From Actinomycetes bacterium (GTDB lineage Bacteria; Actinomycetota; Thermoleophilia; RBG-16-64-13): 64,000 bases of DNA. The DNA lies in contig JAGXFV010000048.1 of assembly GCA_024637095.1 (NCBI GenBank), positions 2,629-66,628 on the forward strand. Direction: 5' to 3'. How positions within the stretch are numbered: the stretch's first letter is position 1; the number at the start of each line of letters is the position of its first letter. The notes below the pieces were generated by a model that worked only from the letters and a program-made list of their open reading frames with translations, was not told where the DNA came from and searched no databases. This document shows positions 53,888 to 64,000 of the stretch, piece by piece. The translations under genes and the position numbers were made by a program.

Positions 53888-56026
53888 CTAGGGGGTGGCC
53901 GGGGCCTCGGTGATCGGGGGCGCCAAAGTCGCGGGCGGCTGCGTGGCGGGGGGCTGAGTTACCGGCGGCGCCAGGGTCGCCGGCGGCTGGGTGACGGGAG
54001 GGGCAAGCGTGGTTTCCGGGGCCAGGGTCGAAGACGTGCGCCTGGGCGGTCGCTCGTCTTCGGTGCTCTTCTTGCGTGCGTAAGTCGTCTCGACGTCTTT
54101 GTACTTGACGCGCGAGTCCGGCTCTGCGAAATCGGTGACCGAATAGTCCTTCATGATCCTGCCCATGAACTTGCCCCAGATAATGGCGGGGAAGCTGCCG
54201 CCGGTCACCCGCCGCCCGTGGACGTTCCGCATTTCGATTTGGGCCTCGGGATGCCCCATCCAGACCGACGTTGAAATCTGCGGAGTGTATCCGCTGAACC
54301 AGGCGTCGCGGAAGTTCTGCGCCGTGCCGGTCTTCCCTGCCGCGGGCCTGCCGATCTGGGCGTTGGTCCCGGTGCCCGCCTGGATGTTCTTGATCAGGAT
54401 CTCCGTGACCGCGTAGGCGACGCCCTCAGAGACAGCCTGCGTGGCTTTGCGCTCGGACTCGTAGATCACCCGATTGTTTGAATCCTTGATCTCGAGGATC
54501 ATCCGCGGCTCCACGTGCACGCCCTGGTTGGCGAGAGTGCCGTAGGCTGATGACATTTCGAGGGGGGAGACGCCGTAGGTGAGGCCGCCCAGGATGATCG
54601 CCGGGTTGGGGGAGAGCGGCGAGGTGATGCCCATTCGCTTGGCAACGTCGACGATGCGCTCCGGCGTTACGTCCATGGCCAGCTGCGCGTAGACCGAGTT
54701 GTCGCTTCGCAGGGTCGCCTGGACCAGGGTGGAGGCTCCGTAGTAGCTGTGCGAAAAGGTCTGGACTTTCCACGGCTTGCTACCTGGGATGTTGATTTCC
54801 ACCGGCTGAGAGTTGTAGATGGTGGTCGCCGGGTTCATCCCCATCTCGACCGCAGCGGTCAGGCCGAAGGTCTTGAAGGCCGAACCCGCCTGGCGCTTGG
54901 CCTGTGCTGCCAGGTTGAACTTGGAGCTGTCGTAGTCACTGCTGCCGACCATCGCGCGGATCAAACCGCTCTCGGGATCGACGGCCACCAATGCGGCGGA
55001 AGGGTCCCCTGTCTGGTTCAGGGTGTCCTTGATGGCCCACTCGCCGTGGCGCTGGTAGGCGGGGTTGATGCTGGTGCCTACGCTGAGGCCCCCCTCGAAC
55101 ACTCTGTCCACGCCGAACATCTCGATGAGCTGCTTCTTGACGTAGTCCACGACGTAGGGCTCGCGGACCTCTTCATATATCGAGGAAGGCGCCAGTTCGA
55201 GCGGGGCGGCCACGGCTCGCTGGTACTCCTCGATGGTGATGTACTCGTTGAACCACATCCGCTGGAGGACCGTGTTGCGTCGCTCCTTGGCGGCGTCCGG
55301 GTTGATCCTGGGGTTGTAGCGGCTGGGTGCCTGAGGCATTCCTGCAAGCAGGGCCGCTTCCTGGAGGGTAAGGTCGGCGGGGTACTTGTTGAAGTAGGTG
55401 CGAGAGGCCGCCTGAATGCCGTAGGCGTTCGCACCGAAGTACACCGTATTCAGATAGAGGTCCAGGATCTCGTCCTTGGACATCAGTTCCTCCATCTGCA
55501 GGGCCAGGGCCATCTCGTCGAGCTTTCGCTCGAGGGATTGGTCGGTGCGGTCCAGATAGAGCGTGCCGACCAACTGCATGGTCAGAGTGGAGAAGCCCTC
55601 GTTGATGCCTTCGGCCTGCACGTTGGCGATGAAGGCCCTGACCGCCGCTTCGGCGTCAACCCCCTGGTGCTCATAGAAGCGTTCATCCTCGATGGCCACG
55701 ATCGCATTCTTGGCAACCGCGGGGATGCGCTCGCCGCCGATGATTTCCCGGTTCTCCACGCCGTGGAGGTAGGCGAGGAGGGTGCCGTCGGCAGCGTATA
55801 TCCGAGTGGTCTGGGGCAGTTCGACCCTTCGCTGTTCCTCCAACTGAGGAATATCCTGGCTGACGGCCGACGCCATCTGCAGGCCCACGGTGACGGTGCC
55901 GACGGCCAGAAGCGCGACAAAGAACGGAGCAAAGACGAGCGCAACCAGGATGGCGCGGCTCAGGCCCCGCTTGGTCTTCGCGCGCCGTCTGCGGCGGGCG
56001 TGGAGGGTCGGATAGCGATGTGCCAT
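53888..56026 (-). CDS. Class A penicillin-binding protein (PBP1A family)
   Basis: [24 protein letters not shown]; SAFK, SDN, KTGT; Pro/Thr repeat tail. Confidence 0.93.
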   Translation of the reverse strand: MAHRYPTLHARRRRRAKTKRGLSRAILVALVFAPFFVALLAVGTVTVGLQMASAVSQDIPQLEEQRRVELPQTTRIYAADGTLLAYLHGVENREIIGGERIPAVAKNAIVAIEDERFYEHQGVDAEAAVRAFIANVQAEGINEGFSTLTMQLVGTLYLDRTDQSLERKLDEMALALQMEELMSKDEILDLYLNTVYFGANAYGIQAASRTYFNKYPADLTLQEAALLAGMPQAPSRYNPRINPDAAKERRNTVLQRMWFNEYITIEEYQRAVAAPLELAPSSIYEEVREPYVVDYVKKQLIEMFGVDRVFEGGLSVGTSINPAYQRHGEWAIKDTLNQTGDPSAALVAVDPESGLIRAMVGSSDYDSSKFNLAAQAKRQAGSAFKTFGLTAAVEMGMNPATTIYNSQPVEINIPGSKPWKVQTFSHSYYGASTLVQATLRSDNSVYAQLAMDVTPERIVDVAKRMGITSPLSPNPAIILGGLTYGVSPLEMSSAYGTLANQGVHVEPRMILEIKDSNNRVIYESERKATQAVSEGVAYAVTEILIKNIQAGTGTNAQIGRPAAGKTGTAQNFRDAWFSGYTPQISTSVWMGHPEAQIEMRNVHGRRVTGGSFPAIIWGKFMGRIMKDYSVTDFAEPDSRVKYKDVETTYARKKSTEDERPPRRTSSTLAPETTLAPPVTQPPATLAPPVTQPPATQPPATLAPPITEAPATP
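53900..54020 (-). repeat. Pro/Thr-rich coding repeats (TLAPP/TQPPA) in the PBP1A tail
   Basis: [38 protein letters not shown]. Confidence 0.7.
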
Positions 56027-56106
56027 GGCAAACACATTGTAGCGGACGGGCGCTGCGGCCGTTATCTTGGGCATCAGCGCGGGTAATAGCACTTTGCATT
56101 ATGAAC

Positions 56107-56171
56107 TTTGATAGCGTGCCGCTCAAGGTGCGCCGTCGGCAGTTGACAGTAACCGACTCAGATTTTATAAT
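56107..56171 (+). promoter_or_regulatory. dnaK promoter with two HAIR-like HspR operators
   Basis: TTGACA(56143)-N17-TATAAT(56166); TTTGATA-N7-GCTCAAG (56107-27) and GTTGACA-N7-ACTCAGA (56142-62). Confidence 0.8.
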
Positions 56172-56235
56172 GAACCAAGCTGAACGAACTACTTGAATCC
56201 GGCGGCAAGGGAACGAAGGGAACAGTGGAAGCGCT

Positions 56236-58140
56236 ATGGGCAGGATAATCGGCATCGACCTGGGAACTACTAACTCGGCCATGGGAGTACTCGAGGGTGG
56301 AGAGCCCACGATCATTCCTAACGCCGAGGGCGGACGGATCACACCATCTGTGGTCGCCTTCTCCAAGACCGGCGAGCGGCTGGTCGGGACCGTGGCCAAG
56401 CGGCAGGCGGTCACCAATCCACAGAACACCATCTTCTCCATCAAGCGCTTTATGGGGCGCAAGTATTCGCAGGTCTCCGAAGAGATGAAGATCGTGCCCT
56501 ACGAGGTCGAGCAGGGTCCTAATCAGGACGTGCGCGTCGACATTCAGGGCAAACAGTACAGCCCGCCGGAAATCTCCGCGATGATTCTGCAGAAGCTGAA
56601 GCGTGACGCCGAGGCCTATCTGGGCGAAGAGGTAACAGACGCGGTCGTCACCGTGCCCGCATACTTCGACGATGCGCAGCGGCAGGCCACCAAAGACGCC
56701 GGCCGCATCGCCGGGCTGAACTTGCGTCGTATCATCAACGAACCCACCGCTGCCTCCCTGGCCTACGGCATGGACAAGGAGACCGACCAGACCATCTTGG
56801 TGTTCGACCTGGGTGGGGGCACCTTTGACGTCTCCATCCTGGAGCTCGGCGAAGGCGTCTTCGAAGTCAAGGCGACCAACGGCGACACTCATCTAGGCGG
56901 CGACAACTTCGACAAGGCGATCGTCGACTGGATCGTGGCTGAGTTCAAGCGCGACAAGGGCATCGACCTGGCCAAGGACAAGGCTGCTCTGCAGCGGCTC
57001 TACGAGGCGGCCGAGAAGGCCAAGGTGGAGCTCTCCTCGGCGATGGAAACCAGCATCAACCTGCCCTTCATCACCATGGACCAGAGCGGACCGCTCCACA
57101 TGGAGATGACCTTGACTCGGGCGAAGCTGGAGGAGCTGACGCGCGAGTTGGTCGGGCGCACGGTGGGCCCGACCAAGCAGGCCATGCAGGACGCGGGCCT
57201 CTCTGCGGGGGACATCGACCAGGTGATCCTGGTAGGCGGGATGACCCGCATGCCCGCAGTACAGGAAAAAGTTCGCGAGGTCGCCGGCAAGGAACCCCAT
57301 AAGGGGATCAACCCGGACGAAGTCGTGGCCCTGGGCGCGGCCATCCAAGGCGGTGTGCTCGCCGGGGACGTCAAGGATGTGCTTCTCCTCGACGTAACTC
57401 CGCTCTCCCTGGGCATCGAAACCAAGGGTGGCGTCTTCACCCGGTTGATCGAGCGGAACACCACCATCCCCACCCGAAAGAGCGAGATCTTCTCGACCGC
57501 GGACGACAATCAGACCTCGGTGGAGATTCACGTACTTCAGGGCGAGCGGGAGATGGCCGCCTACAACAAGACGCTGGGCAAGTTCCAACTGATGGGCCTC
57601 CCGCCGGCACCACGGGGGATACCGCAAATCGAGGTGGCCTTCGACATCGACGCCAACGGTATCGTGCACGTCTCGGCCAAGGACATGGCCACCGGCAACG
57701 AGCAAAAGATCCAGATCCAAAGCTCGAGCGGCCTCAACGAATCCGAGATCGACCAGATGGTCAAGGACGCCGAATCGCACTCCGATGAAGACAGGCGGCG
57801 CCGCGAGGTGGTCGAAACCCGCAACCAAGCGGAGAATCTGGTCTACTCGACCCGCAAGTCCCTGAAGGATCTTGGCGACAAGGTGGACGAGGAGACCCGG
57901 AACTCGATCGACGCGGCTGCCAACGACCTGGAAGAGTCGATGAAGACGGATGACGTGGAGGCTATCCAGGCCAAGATGACCGCCTTGCAGGAGGCGGCCT
58001 ACAAGCTGAGTGAAGCCGCGTATCAGACCGCTTCGGAGCAGCAGGGGCCGGCCGGCGGGACGACGTCTGACGGCGGCGCCGGCGGCGCCGAGGAAGAGGT
58101 AGTCGAGGAAGCCGATTACGAGGTCATCGACGAGGAGTAG
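56236..58140 (+). CDS. dnaK: Chaperone DnaK
   Basis: [30 protein letters not shown]. Confidence 0.98.
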   Translation: MGRIIGIDLGTTNSAMGVLEGGEPTIIPNAEGGRITPSVVAFSKTGERLVGTVAKRQAVTNPQNTIFSIKRFMGRKYSQVSEEMKIVPYEVEQGPNQDVRVDIQGKQYSPPEISAMILQKLKRDAEAYLGEEVTDAVVTVPAYFDDAQRQATKDAGRIAGLNLRRIINEPTAASLAYGMDKETDQTILVFDLGGGTFDVSILELGEGVFEVKATNGDTHLGGDNFDKAIVDWIVAEFKRDKGIDLAKDKAALQRLYEAAEKAKVELSSAMETSINLPFITMDQSGPLHMEMTLTRAKLEELTRELVGRTVGPTKQAMQDAGLSAGDIDQVILVGGMTRMPAVQEKVREVAGKEPHKGINPDEVVALGAAIQGGVLAGDVKDVLLLDVTPLSLGIETKGGVFTRLIERNTTIPTRKSEIFSTADDNQTSVEIHVLQGEREMAAYNKTLGKFQLMGLPPAPRGIPQIEVAFDIDANGIVHVSAKDMATGNEQKIQIQSSSGLNESEIDQMVKDAESHSDEDRRRREVVETRNQAENLVYSTRKSLKDLGDKVDEETRNSIDAAANDLEESMKTDDVEAIQAKMTALQEAAYKLSEAAYQTASEQQGPAGGTTSDGGAGGAEEEVVEEADYEVIDEE

Positions 58141-58203
58141 GCCGGGCATCTGGGCCCGGTTGCCGGGTTCACGGCGAATACGAAGCAGACAGGAGAACAT
58201 GAG

Positions 58204-58707
58204 ATGGCAATCGTGCGCTGGGATCCCTATCGTGACATGCTGGCGCTGCAGGACGAGGTGAACCGCTCGCTGCGCCGCTTCTCCGGAGGAGGTGAGGTGC
58301 AGCGCGAGAGCTGGATGCCTTCGATCGACGTCCTCGAAACCAAGGACGCGATCAAGCTCAAGGCGGAATTGGCCGGCATGGGCCCGGACGACATCAGCCT
58401 CGAGGTCCAGGATGACGTTCTGACTCTGAGCGGAGAGCGCCGCTTTGAGGAAGAGGTCGACGAGGATAAGTACTACCGCATCGAGCGGCGGTACGGCTCG
58501 TTCACCCGGTCGATGTCACTGCCCCATGGCGTCGATAGCGAGAAGATCGACGCTCACTACGAGAACGGCATTCTCGAGATCACCATCCCGAAGGCCGAGC
58601 AGGCGAGACCCAAGAAGATCTCGGTGGGCCGCGGTGATTCCGGATCCCGGACCGTGGAGACCGAGACTCATGGAGACTCGGCGGGCGAGTCCGGCGGCCG
58701 ACAATAG
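58204..58707 (+). CDS. Hsp20/alpha-crystallin small heat-shock protein
   Basis: WDPYR, ELAGM, LTLSGER, ERRYGSF.R, A.YENGILEITIPK. Confidence 0.94.
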   Translation: MAIVRWDPYRDMLALQDEVNRSLRRFSGGGEVQRESWMPSIDVLETKDAIKLKAELAGMGPDDISLEVQDDVLTLSGERRFEEEVDEDKYYRIERRYGSFTRSMSLPHGVDSEKIDAHYENGILEITIPKAEQARPKKISVGRGDSGSRTVETETHGDSAGESGGRQ

Positions 58708-58718
58708 TCTGAGCGACG

Positions 58719-58753
58719 GGCTGCCGCTACGCCCCCTGGGGCCGGCGGCAGCC
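58719..58753 (+). terminator. Intra-operon stem-loop between hsp20 and grpE
   Basis: GGCTGCCGC...GCCCC-CT-GGGGC...GCGGCAGCC; no U tract. Confidence 0.45.
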
Positions 58754-58781
58754 TTATCTGCAAGGAAGAGGAACCCACCAG

Positions 58782-59456
58782 ATGACCGAAGAACGCAAGA
58801 AACGAATTCCCATAAACGGAAACCATGCGGACGAGGGCAAGAACTCAGATCCCGATAGGGAGCCGGACCAGGCTTACGAGCCGATGTCCGACGAACGCGA
58901 GTTCGAGACTGCTCACACGGGACCCCACGTCGAAACCGGTCCCGGTCCGGGCAGCGCCCAGCCCGCCGGTGCTCCTCGCCCGGACGCGGAGGTGGAATCG
59001 GAGCTCGACGTCGAGCGGCTAAAGGCGGAGCGTGACAACTATCTAGACAATCTGTTGCGGCTAAAGGCCGAGTTCGAGAACTTCCGCAAGCGCTCGCGCC
59101 GCGACTTGGCTGAGTCGGAGTCCCGGGCAAAGGGTTCGCTGCTCACAGAGTTCTTGCCCGTCCTGGACAATCTGGAGCGGGCGCTCGACGCGGCCGAGGA
59201 ACATGAGGAAGCCAAGCTGGTAGACGGTGTGCGCATGACCTACGACCACTTCGCGCGGCTATTGAAGCATGAAGGCGTCGAGCGGATGGATCCGACGGGA
59301 CAACCCTTCGATCCCGAGCACCACGAGGCCGTATTCGCGCAGGCATCGGAAGAGGAAGAGGGTACCGTCATCCAAGTCCTGGAGCGAGGTTACCTGCTGG
59401 GCGAACGCGTTCTGCGGCCGGCCAAAGTAGTGGTTTCTGCGGGGGAGGGAGACTAG
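58782..59456 (+). CDS. grpE: Nucleotide exchange factor GrpE
   Basis: [43 protein letters not shown]. Confidence 0.95.
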   Translation: MTEERKKRIPINGNHADEGKNSDPDREPDQAYEPMSDEREFETAHTGPHVETGPGPGSAQPAGAPRPDAEVESELDVERLKAERDNYLDNLLRLKAEFENFRKRSRRDLAESESRAKGSLLTEFLPVLDNLERALDAAEEHEEAKLVDGVRMTYDHFARLLKHEGVERMDPTGQPFDPEHHEAVFAQASEEEEGTVIQVLERGYLLGERVLRPAKVVVSAGEGD

Positions 59457-59460
59457 GGCC

Positions 59461-60603
59461 ATGCCCGTCGCCGGCAAGGATTACTATCAGGTCCTGGAGG
59501 TCGACCGCAAAGCGGACCAGAAAGAGATCCGCAAGGCCTACCGCAAGCTGGCGCGCGAGAACCACCCGGACGCGAACCCCAACGACCCCAAGGCGGAGGA
59601 CCGCTTCAAGGAGATCTCCCAGGCGTACGAGGTGCTCTCCGACGCCGAAAAGCGCAAGCAGTACGATCAGGGGCCAAGCGCCTTGTTCGGCGAGGGGTTC
59701 GGACCAGGTTACGGGCAGGGCGGGGGACGGGCCTACGGTGGCGGATTCGGTCAGGGAGGCCAGGCCTTCAGCGGGGATTTCGCCGACATTTTCAGCAGCC
59801 TTTTCGGGGGGCGCGGCACAGCCGGCGCCCGGGCTCAACGCCAGCCCAGGGAGTCCCGAGGGCAGGACGTCACTGCTTCGGTAACTCTTTCTTTCGAGGA
59901 CGCCCTGAAGGGCGTCACCACCCGAATTCAGATTCCTCGCCACGTGGCCTGTCCCACCTGCAATGGTTCGGGGGCGGCCCCCGGGACGCAACCCCAGATC
60001 TGCCCGGTGTGTCAGGGCCGCGGAGTGGTCAGCCAGAGCCAGGGTGTCTTCGCGCTTTCTCAGCCCTGTCCCCGCTGTGGCGGCGACGGGATGGTCATCG
60101 AGGCGCCCTGCCCCACCTGCAGCGGCAGAGGCAGGGTGAGTAAGATGAAGACCTACAAGGTGCCGATCCCGGCCGGGGTCAAGGACAGCACCAAGATCAG
60201 ACTCAAGGGCAAGGGCGAAGCCTCCCCCAACGGGGGGCCTCCCGGAGATCTCTACGTGGTGACGCGAGTGGAAGACAGCGACCTGTATCAGCGCCGAGGG
60301 CAGGACTTGACCATAGAAGTGCCGGTCAGCATGACCGAGGCCGCGCTAGGAGCCCGGGTTCAGGTGCCCACTCCGGACGGCAAGGTCTCGCTCAAAGTGC
60401 CTGCGGGAATCAAGGACGGCACTCTGCTCCGCATCGGCGGCAAAGGCGCGCCTCTGTTGGGCGACAAGGGACGGGGCGACCTGCTGGCCCGTATCCGGGT
60501 GGAGACCCCGCGCGACCTGACCGAGGATCAGCAGGAACTTCTCGAACGGTTCGCGGAACTTCGCCGCGACAACCCCCGTTCTGGAAGGGCCGGCTGGGAG
60601 TGA
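59461..60603 (+). CDS. dnaJ: Chaperone DnaJ (class A)
   Basis: J domain HPD, G/F region, four CxxCxGxG repeats. Confidence 0.96.
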   Translation: MPVAGKDYYQVLEVDRKADQKEIRKAYRKLARENHPDANPNDPKAEDRFKEISQAYEVLSDAEKRKQYDQGPSALFGEGFGPGYGQGGGRAYGGGFGQGGQAFSGDFADIFSSLFGGRGTAGARAQRQPRESRGQDVTASVTLSFEDALKGVTTRIQIPRHVACPTCNGSGAAPGTQPQICPVCQGRGVVSQSQGVFALSQPCPRCGGDGMVIEAPCPTCSGRGRVSKMKTYKVPIPAGVKDSTKIRLKGKGEASPNGGPPGDLYVVTRVEDSDLYQRRGQDLTIEVPVSMTEAALGARVQVPTPDGKVSLKVPAGIKDGTLLRIGGKGAPLLGDKGRGDLLARIRVETPRDLTEDQQELLERFAELRRDNPRSGRAGWE

Positions 60604-61013
60604 TGGCCGACAGCGACCGTGACCGCGCGCTTTTCATGATCTCGATCGCCGCGGAGCTGGCCGAACTCCACCCTCAGACCCTGCGCATGTACGAACGGCG
60701 GGGGCTGATCCGACCGCAGCGCTCCAACAAGAGAACGCGGCTCTACTCGATGGCCGACGTCGACCGACTCCGGCGCATCCAGGAGCTCACGTCGGAATTG
60801 GGGCTCAACCTGGCGGGAGTGGAACGGGTGCTGGAGCTCGAGGGCCAACTCGAACGCGCCCAATTGAGGGTGCGGGAACTGGAGGAGGCTCTGGTCGAGT
60901 TGAGTCTGCGGGCCGAGGAGGAGGCGGAACGGATCCACCGCTCCTACCGGCGCGAACTGGTTCCCGTCCCCCGCATGGAGGTCGTGCACATCGCCCGCCG
61001 ACGCCGTTCCTGA
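60600..61013 (+). CDS. hspR: Heat-shock repressor HspR (MerR family)
   Basis: [33 protein letters not shown]; overlaps the dnaJ stop. Confidence 0.92.
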   Translation: MMADSDRDRALFMISIAAELAELHPQTLRMYERRGLIRPQRSNKRTRLYSMADVDRLRRIQELTSELGLNLAGVERVLELEGQLERAQLRVRELEEALVELSLRAEEEAERIHRSYRRELVPVPRMEVVHIARRRRS

Positions 61014-61124
61014 GCACCCCGGCGGGCGCTCTTGCGACCTCCCACGGGCGCTCCTGGGCACCCCGGCGGGCGCCCCCGAGGACCCGGCAGACGCGGGGTG
61101 GCCCAAGCTGCTACCCTTTTCATC

Positions 61125-61685
61125 ATGGCTGAACCTGACCTAGAACGAGAAGATCTGGCTTACAACGAAACCTACTGCGCCAACCACCCCAAGCGGGAAA
61201 CCGGCGTGCGTTGCAGCTCCTGCGGCAAGCCCATCTGCCCGGACTGCATGGTCTTCTCCCCCGTGGGCGTCAAATGCCGCGAGTGCTCCCGGCTGCCCAA
61301 GTCGGCCCGGATCACCTTTGGCCCCGAAAAGGCGACCCGGGCGATTGGCGCGGCGTTGGCGGCGGGCACCCTGGCGGGCTTCATCTACTACTTCGTCCTC
61401 GCGGCTGCGGGATTCTTCTTCTTCGTCATCTTTGCGGCGGCGGCCATCGGATACGTCGTCGGCGAGGCCGTCCTGCGGGCGAGCCGTTACTACCACGGCA
61501 CCGAGACCGCGGTCATCGCCGTGGCCGGCACGATCTGGGCCTTTGTTTTCCCGCCGATGCTGGACATCTTCATGCGTTTCGGGGTCAGCTGGGACGGTTT
61601 CGTCTTCGGCCTTACCGGTAGAGGGGTGATGAACTGGATCATTATGTTCGTCGCCGGGTACTTCGCGTGGCAGCGGAACCGCTAA
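61125..61685 (+). CDS. B-box-type zinc finger membrane protein
   Basis: CANHPKRETGVRCSSCGKPICPDC...VGVKCREC followed by about 4 TM; no rhomboid GxSG. Confidence 0.75.
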   Translation: MAEPDLEREDLAYNETYCANHPKRETGVRCSSCGKPICPDCMVFSPVGVKCRECSRLPKSARITFGPEKATRAIGAALAAGTLAGFIYYFVLAAAGFFFFVIFAAAAIGYVVGEAVLRASRYYHGTETAVIAVAGTIWAFVFPPMLDIFMRFGVSWDGFVFGLTGRGVMNWIIMFVAGYFAWQRNR

Positions 61686-61699
61686 AGGGAGGCGGCCAA

Positions 61700-61879
61700 T
61701 TGGAACGCAGCAGGTTGAGGTCTTTTCTGTGGGGGAGCGTCTTCGGCTGGCTGCTCGGCCTGCTGGTCATCCCGCGGCGGGGAGCCCGGCTCTCACTCGA
61801 CCCAGCGCCGGCGCACCTGCGCGATGCGCAGGGCTTCACCACCGCTCCGTGCTACGTTCCGGACGATCGCTTCACCTGA
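61700..61879 (+). CDS. Small single-TM protein
   Basis: AGGGAGG RBS, TTG start, FLWGSVFGWLLGLLV TM; stop overlaps the next ATG. Confidence 0.5.
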   Translation: MERSRLRSFLWGSVFGWLLGLLVIPRRGARLSLDPAPAHLRDAQGFTTAPCYVPDDRFT

Positions 61880-62628
61880 TGCCAGGCGTCCCGCACATCG
61901 GAGACTCGGGCAGCACTACCCTCTTTCGCTGGGAGATCCTCATCCCTACCCAGCGCTACGTCTTCACGGTGAGCTCCGGCCGGTTGGAGGAATACAACCG
62001 CGAGGGCGAGCTCTCCTTTCACCGCTTTAGCCGCTATCAGAGTCTCAAGGCGGATCACCCGGTGCACGGCATGGTCGCCTGGCCGAACACGGTTCTGCTT
62101 AGCGGGCCGGCGACTGTGGTGGTGGACCCGGGTCTGGTGATGCAGGGAGAGCCTTTGCTGGCCGCGCTCGCCGAGCGGGGCCTCTCTGCGGGTGATGTGG
62201 ACCTGGTGGTCAATACCCATGCGCACATGGACCATGTTCAGGCCAACGTCTACTTCCCGGATACCCCGATAGTGATCCACGAGGCGGAATTCGGCGGAAG
62301 CCCGGCGCATGAGCGCTCCGGCTTTGACGGGCGTGCCCGGCTGCTCAGCGGTGATGAAGGGGAGATCGCTCCCGGCCTGCGCTTTCTGCGCACTCCCGGG
62401 CACAGTGAGGGTTCCATCTGCGTGGTGGCGGAGACCGCCGGCGGCCGCCTGGTGGTCGCGGGCGACACGGTGGGGCCGCTTCCCTCCTACTTCTCTTCAA
62501 TGGAACTGCCCGCGGGCTTCCCGGCGGCGGACCGGTTGCTCCGGTCGTGGGACCGCATCCGGGAGCTCAATCCAATTGTGGTCATCCCCGGGCACAATCC
62601 CCCGATGAGGGCAAGGATATCGGGCTGA
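61879..62628 (+). CDS. MBL-fold metallo-hydrolase
   Basis: VVDPG, NTHAHMDHV, TPGHSEG, AGD, IPGH. Confidence 0.88.
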   Translation: MPGVPHIGDSGSTTLFRWEILIPTQRYVFTVSSGRLEEYNREGELSFHRFSRYQSLKADHPVHGMVAWPNTVLLSGPATVVVDPGLVMQGEPLLAALAERGLSAGDVDLVVNTHAHMDHVQANVYFPDTPIVIHEAEFGGSPAHERSGFDGRARLLSGDEGEIAPGLRFLRTPGHSEGSICVVAETAGGRLVVAGDTVGPLPSYFSSMELPAGFPAADRLLRSWDRIRELNPIVVIPGHNPPMRARISG

Positions 62629-62630
62629 GG

Positions 62631-62657
62631 TTGGCACTCGAAGGGTAGGAGTGCCAA
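62631..62657. promoter_or_regulatory. CIRCE element (HrcA operator)
   Basis: Perfect inverted repeat TTGGCACTC-N9-GAGTGCCAA. Confidence 0.85.
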
Positions 62658-62738
62658 AGAGGCTTCCCGCCCTGCTCCCCGCGGGATGGGTTTTTCGCTA
62701 TACTTGATGCAGGTTTTGTTAGGCGAGGAGGTATTTGC

Positions 62739-63086
62739 GTGCCGACCTATGAGTACCGGTGCGATTCGTGCAGCCATCAGTTCGAGCGCTTTCAGCGGAT
62801 GTCAGACGACCCGGTGAAGGAGTGCGAGGCCTGCGGCGGCGAAGTGCAGCGTCTGCTTTTCCCCGTGGCTATTCACTTCAAAGGCTCTGGCTTCTACACT
62901 ACGGACTACGCCAAGAAGAAGTCCCTCAAAGGTGGCCCCTCGGAGGGTAACGGCAGCGGGTCGAACGGCTCTTCCGGCGAGAAAGCCTCGAGCGACAAAA
63001 GCGCCTCCGGCGAAAAGGCTTCGGGCGCGGACAAGAGTTCGGAGAGTAGCGCGGAGAGTAAAAAGGTCGGCACCGACAAGAAGTAG
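62739..63086 (+). CDS. FmdB-family zinc-ribbon protein with disordered C-terminus (Rv0991c/Ruc-like)
   Basis: MPTYEYRCDSC...CEACGG, FKGSGFY.TDY, Ser/Gly/Lys tail; AGGAGG RBS; CIRCE upstream. Confidence 0.88.
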   Translation: MPTYEYRCDSCSHQFERFQRMSDDPVKECEACGGEVQRLLFPVAIHFKGSGFYTTDYAKKKSLKGGPSEGNGSGSNGSSGEKASSDKSASGEKASGADKSSESSAESKKVGTDKK

Positions 63087-63134
63087 GGCGCCTGGCCCTC
63101 ACCTTAGGAAACGGGGAACGTCATAGACGAGGCT

Positions 63135-64000
63135 GTGGGCAGGGACCGAGCGCAAGGGCAAGCGGCCGCCGACGGGTCCGCGGCACCCCGAGTCGACACC
63201 GAAGCCCCTTCCCCCTGGGCCTCGCCGTTGGGCCGCTGGCTCCGCGGGCTGGTTCACGACGCTGCTTCCGAACTGCCGTCTTTGTCGGAGACCATCGCCG
63301 CGGTCCGCAACGAACTCGAACACACCTCCACGCTGGGAGTTCTCTTCGTTCGTCTCGAGCACTGGGGGCACCTGTCGCGCATGTATTCCTGGCGCGAACT
63401 CGAGGAGATCTACCGGGGGGCTTCGCAGGTAGCGCTGGGTTCCCTGGGCTCCGGCATAAGGGCAATGGATCTGCCCGCCGACGTCGGACTGCAGGGAGAA
63501 GGCTTTGCCGTGGTGCTTTCGGCGCCGCGCGAAGCGCTCGACCTCTCGTTTCCGATGGTCGATTCCGTGGCCGAGCGGTTGGAAGTGGCTATCAACGAAC
63601 ACCTAGCGCGATCGCTGGTGCCGCGGGTGCACGAGCGCCTGAGCATCACGGTCGGCGGTGCCGTGCTACATGCCCCCCGGGGTGAGCAAACCCTTGAGGA
63701 CCTGATCGTCTCCGCTCTGGTCGAGGCCGACGAAGCTGCGAGAAAAAAACAGTGGCGCGAGCGCGAGCAATTGGGTGAGCGGCTGGAAGAATTCCTCGAG
63801 CAGGGCGATCTCACCCTCCTGTTCCGCCCCCTGGTCCACCTGCGGCAGGGGAGGGTGGTGGGCTACCAGGTGGGGCTGCGCGGCCCGGCTTCCACCAAGA
63901 TGCGCTACGACGACGTGCTCTTTGACGTGGCCCGGCAGACCGGGTTGGAGCACCGAGTCCTCGACTCCTACCATGAAGCCATCCTCAGCCACGAGCACCT
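63135..64000 (+). CDS. Degenerate GGDEF-EAL-like protein (partial, runs off window)
   Basis: Manually translated frame starting at 63135: LGVLFVRL, QGEGFAVVL, LSITVGGA, then LFRPLVHL..GRVVGYQVGLRGP; open to window end. Confidence 0.6.
   Translation, partial: MGRDRAQGQAAADGSAAPRVDTEAPSPWASPLGRWLRGLVHDAASELPSLSETIAAVRNELEHTSTLGVLFVRLEHWGHLSRMYSWRELEEIYRGASQVALGSLGSGIRAMDLPADVGLQGEGFAVVLSAPREALDLSFPMVDSVAERLEVAINEHLARSLVPRVHERLSITVGGAVLHAPRGEQTLEDLIVSALVEADEAARKKQWREREQLGERLEEFLEQGDLTLLFRPLVHLRQGRVVGYQVGLRGPASTKMRYDDVLFDVARQTGLEHRVLDSYHEAILSHEH

Overview
GC-rich bacterial chromosomal window. It most resembles a deep-branching Actinomycetota such as Thermoleophilia. This is inferred from a dnaK-grpE-dnaJ-hspR operon with HAIR-like boxes, a CIRCE box before an Rv0991c/Ruc-like gene, a pgsA-ino1-PimA-like cluster, a LigC/Prim-Pol pair and SLH proteins. 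Hcp and a Grx-FTR pair suggest a low-oxygen lifestyle. I found no rRNA, tRNA, CRISPR array, integrase or transposase. Housekeeping and stress genes include mscL, hcp, a TPP-riboswitch thiamine ABC operon, thrC, trxB, rlmD, clpB, PBP1A and the dnaK operon. Best candidate for an undescribed system: a cobalamin riboswitch with an intrinsic terminator heading a six-gene operon at 3.5-12.0 kb (ECF S-component-like protein, UbiD-family decarboxylase, hydantoinase/oxoprolinase A and B, double ECF ATPase, EcfT), abutted by a MIO-less aromatic-amino-acid-lyase homologue. Other strong leads: (1) a TIGR04282/DUF2064 transferase fused to a radical SAM-SPASM enzyme, whose UGA is followed by Gly-UAG and a SECIS-like hairpin; (2) a PimA-like GT4 fused to a PHP phosphoesterase next to pgsA and ino1, a candidate PIP phosphatase; (3) a presenilin/SPP-like membrane protein; (4) a leaderless Cys-Cys micro-ORF overlapping a three-helix RNA upstream of ligC; (5) a probable non-canonical ATA start for pgsA. 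All family calls come from motif recognition by eye; no database search or folding program was run.
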